Positions 62,700 through 64,000 of a stretch of 64,000 bases of DNA are shown piece by piece. Every line of letters starts with the position of its first letter. The stretch's first letter is position 1. The notes under the pieces are model-generated. The model was not told the origin of the DNA and did not search any database. It saw nothing but the letters and a program-made list of their open reading frames with translations. Made by a program: the position numbers and the translations under genes. The DNA is taken from contig CP068257.2 of assembly GCA_009914755.4 (NCBI GenBank), positions 15,904,001 to 15,968,000 of the forward strand, read 5' to 3'. The stretch is from the human T2T-CHM13v2.0 reference genome, Homo sapiens.

Positions 62700-64000
62700 A
62701 TATCGCACGGTGACGTCATCCTGGGACCTCGTCACCGCGGCGGCTGCTCCTCAAGTTCTACTTTGTTCCACAAGGCTCCTCTGCTCACGGCTGCGTGGAT
62801 AAAACCCAAAGGGAATCCAGAATCAAGCTCGGCCTCGCAGGAGTTTATAACTTTTGTACTTTTCCCTCCCTTGTAACGAAAAGCTAATCGCAAACGTTTC
62901 TAGGAACACATTTTTCTCCTGATAGACGTTCCCAAGGTGGAGGGCGCGAGAAGACTGGCCCGTGGGGTGAGGAGCCCCGGCCCGACCTCAGCGGCGCCAC
63001 AAAGCCATGAAGAGGGGAAATAATTTTCCAAGGGGCTAAGAGTTGGACTTTCTGAAGCCATCGAAACCTGCTGCTAGGCTCTCCCGCTGGGGTTTTGAGA
63101 GAGGTAGGTGAGGAGGGATCAAACATCTCCACCCGCTCTTGAAAGAACCGCCTTGAGCTGCGCCCAACTTCTGCAATCCCGGTTTTCCCCAAGTTCAAGG
63201 GGAAGGGCCCTGGCGCCCAATGCCCAGCCTCCCCGACAACATCCTCGCCAGGGTGCGCCTGCCCCGCGGGTCCGCTGTCCCCGGCGGGCGGCCCTGGGTT
63301 CGAGGACCCGGCTTCCCGGAGGCGCGACTCTCCAGCAAACAAGCGGAGCTCCAGAAAAAACACCGACGCGAAGGGGGTGGACAGAGGGTGGGAAGCCGCG
63401 GGGTTGTCGCCCACCCGGAGGCGGAATGTAACGCGCTGTGGGAAACGTGGCAGGAGCCCTGAGGCGGCGTCTTTTTCCTCAGGCGCCCGCCGAGGGTCCC
63501 GCGGAAAGCCTCGCGGGCCGCCCTCGCGGCCCGCAGCCCCGCTCTGGCGCCGAGCCGGAGCCCATGCAACCTGGTTCCATCCCCTGCCCCTCCCCTGTCC
63601 CCGGTGCGCCGCCCGCCAGCGAGCCTTCGACGTGGCCGCAGGGGCGACGGGACCACCCTCCCCCGATACCCACAGCCCCGCCATGTCTGCCTTTCCCCGG
63701 CCCGGTCTCCTCACCGCCGCTGCCGCCGCCGCTCTTCGGCCGGAGATTCGGCGGCCCAGACCGTGTCCTGGCCGGGAACTGAGGGCTCCGCCTCAACGGG
63801 CCCGCGCTGGGCAACAGGGAGCGCAGCGAGCCTCGTCCGGCGCGTGCGGCTCCCGCGTCGTCGGGCGGCCAAGCGCGCGTTGAGAGGACTGGCGGGCGGA
63901 CGAGCGCGCACACGAGTGAGCGCAGCCCCAAAGCGGCGCGCAGGGGGCTCGCGGCCCGGAAGAGGGGAGGGGCGATGACCCGGGAAAGGGTTGGCGCGCG
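62700..64000. promoter_or_regulatory. BTG3: CpG island (continues beyond the window end); BTG3 promoter / 5' exon region
   Basis: Abrupt rise in G+C and CpG density (many CGCG/GCGC runs, e.g. 63241-63300 and 63841-63960). Lies upstream (minus-strand sense) of the BTG3 first coding exon at 60168. The GC-rich ORFs on the track here are composition artefacts. Confidence 0.75.
62711..62718. promoter_or_regulatory. Consensus palindromic cAMP-response element TGACGTCA, adjacent to a TATA-like tttaaatat (62695-62704)
   Basis: Exact 8-mer seen at the 3' (minus-sense downstream) edge of the CpG island. Its functional use is unverified. Confidence 0.35.

Noticed and set aside
62884-63978. Cluster of long overlapping ORFs (up to 276 aa) on both strands at the window end
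   Set aside because: They lie in a CpG island with very high G+C, where stop codons are rare by composition. The translations are low-complexity Arg/Pro/Gly/Ala strings with no domain resemblance. They are composition artefacts of the BTG3 promoter region.

Overview
This window is ordinary human (primate) genomic DNA, dense with Alu elements. It is not prokaryotic, and I see no sign of a novel system, only well-known genes and repeats.

The locus is recognisable as chr21q21.1 CXADR-BTG3.

- Positions ~1-21,150 (+ strand) carry the 3' part of CXADR (coxsackievirus and adenovirus receptor). Coding exons 3-7 translate exactly to the known CAR protein from '...[22 protein letters not shown]...' through '...AQSKDGSIV*', with canonical AG/GT boundaries. 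A long 3'UTR follows.
- The alternative terminal CXADR exon 8 ('FKYPYKTDGITVV*', the hCAR2/TVV isoform) lies ~27 kb further downstream at 44,172. It is spliced from a cryptic GT donor inside exon 7.
- Immediately next to it, convergent on the minus strand, is BTG3. All four of its coding exons are present (60,160 down to 45,113) and translate to the complete 252-aa BTG3/ANA protein. The BTG3 CpG-island promoter occupies ~62,700-64,000, and a consensus CRE (TGACGTCA) sits at its edge.

The rest is interspersed repeats.

- Alus: more than 40 Alu copies (AluY, AluS and AluJ), many with visible target-site duplications.
- L1PA insertion: a 1.8-kb 5'-truncated L1PA (minus strand, 37,735-39,572) is bounded by a 15-18 bp target-site duplication.
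- Ancient L1M fragments: several, one carrying an internal ~180-bp tandem duplication.
- Microsatellites: (CA)n, (TACA)n, (GTTT)n and (TA)n.

No tRNA, rRNA or CRISPR features were seen. The ORF track largely reflects Alu and L1 read-throughs and GC-rich artefacts, apart from the real exons listed.
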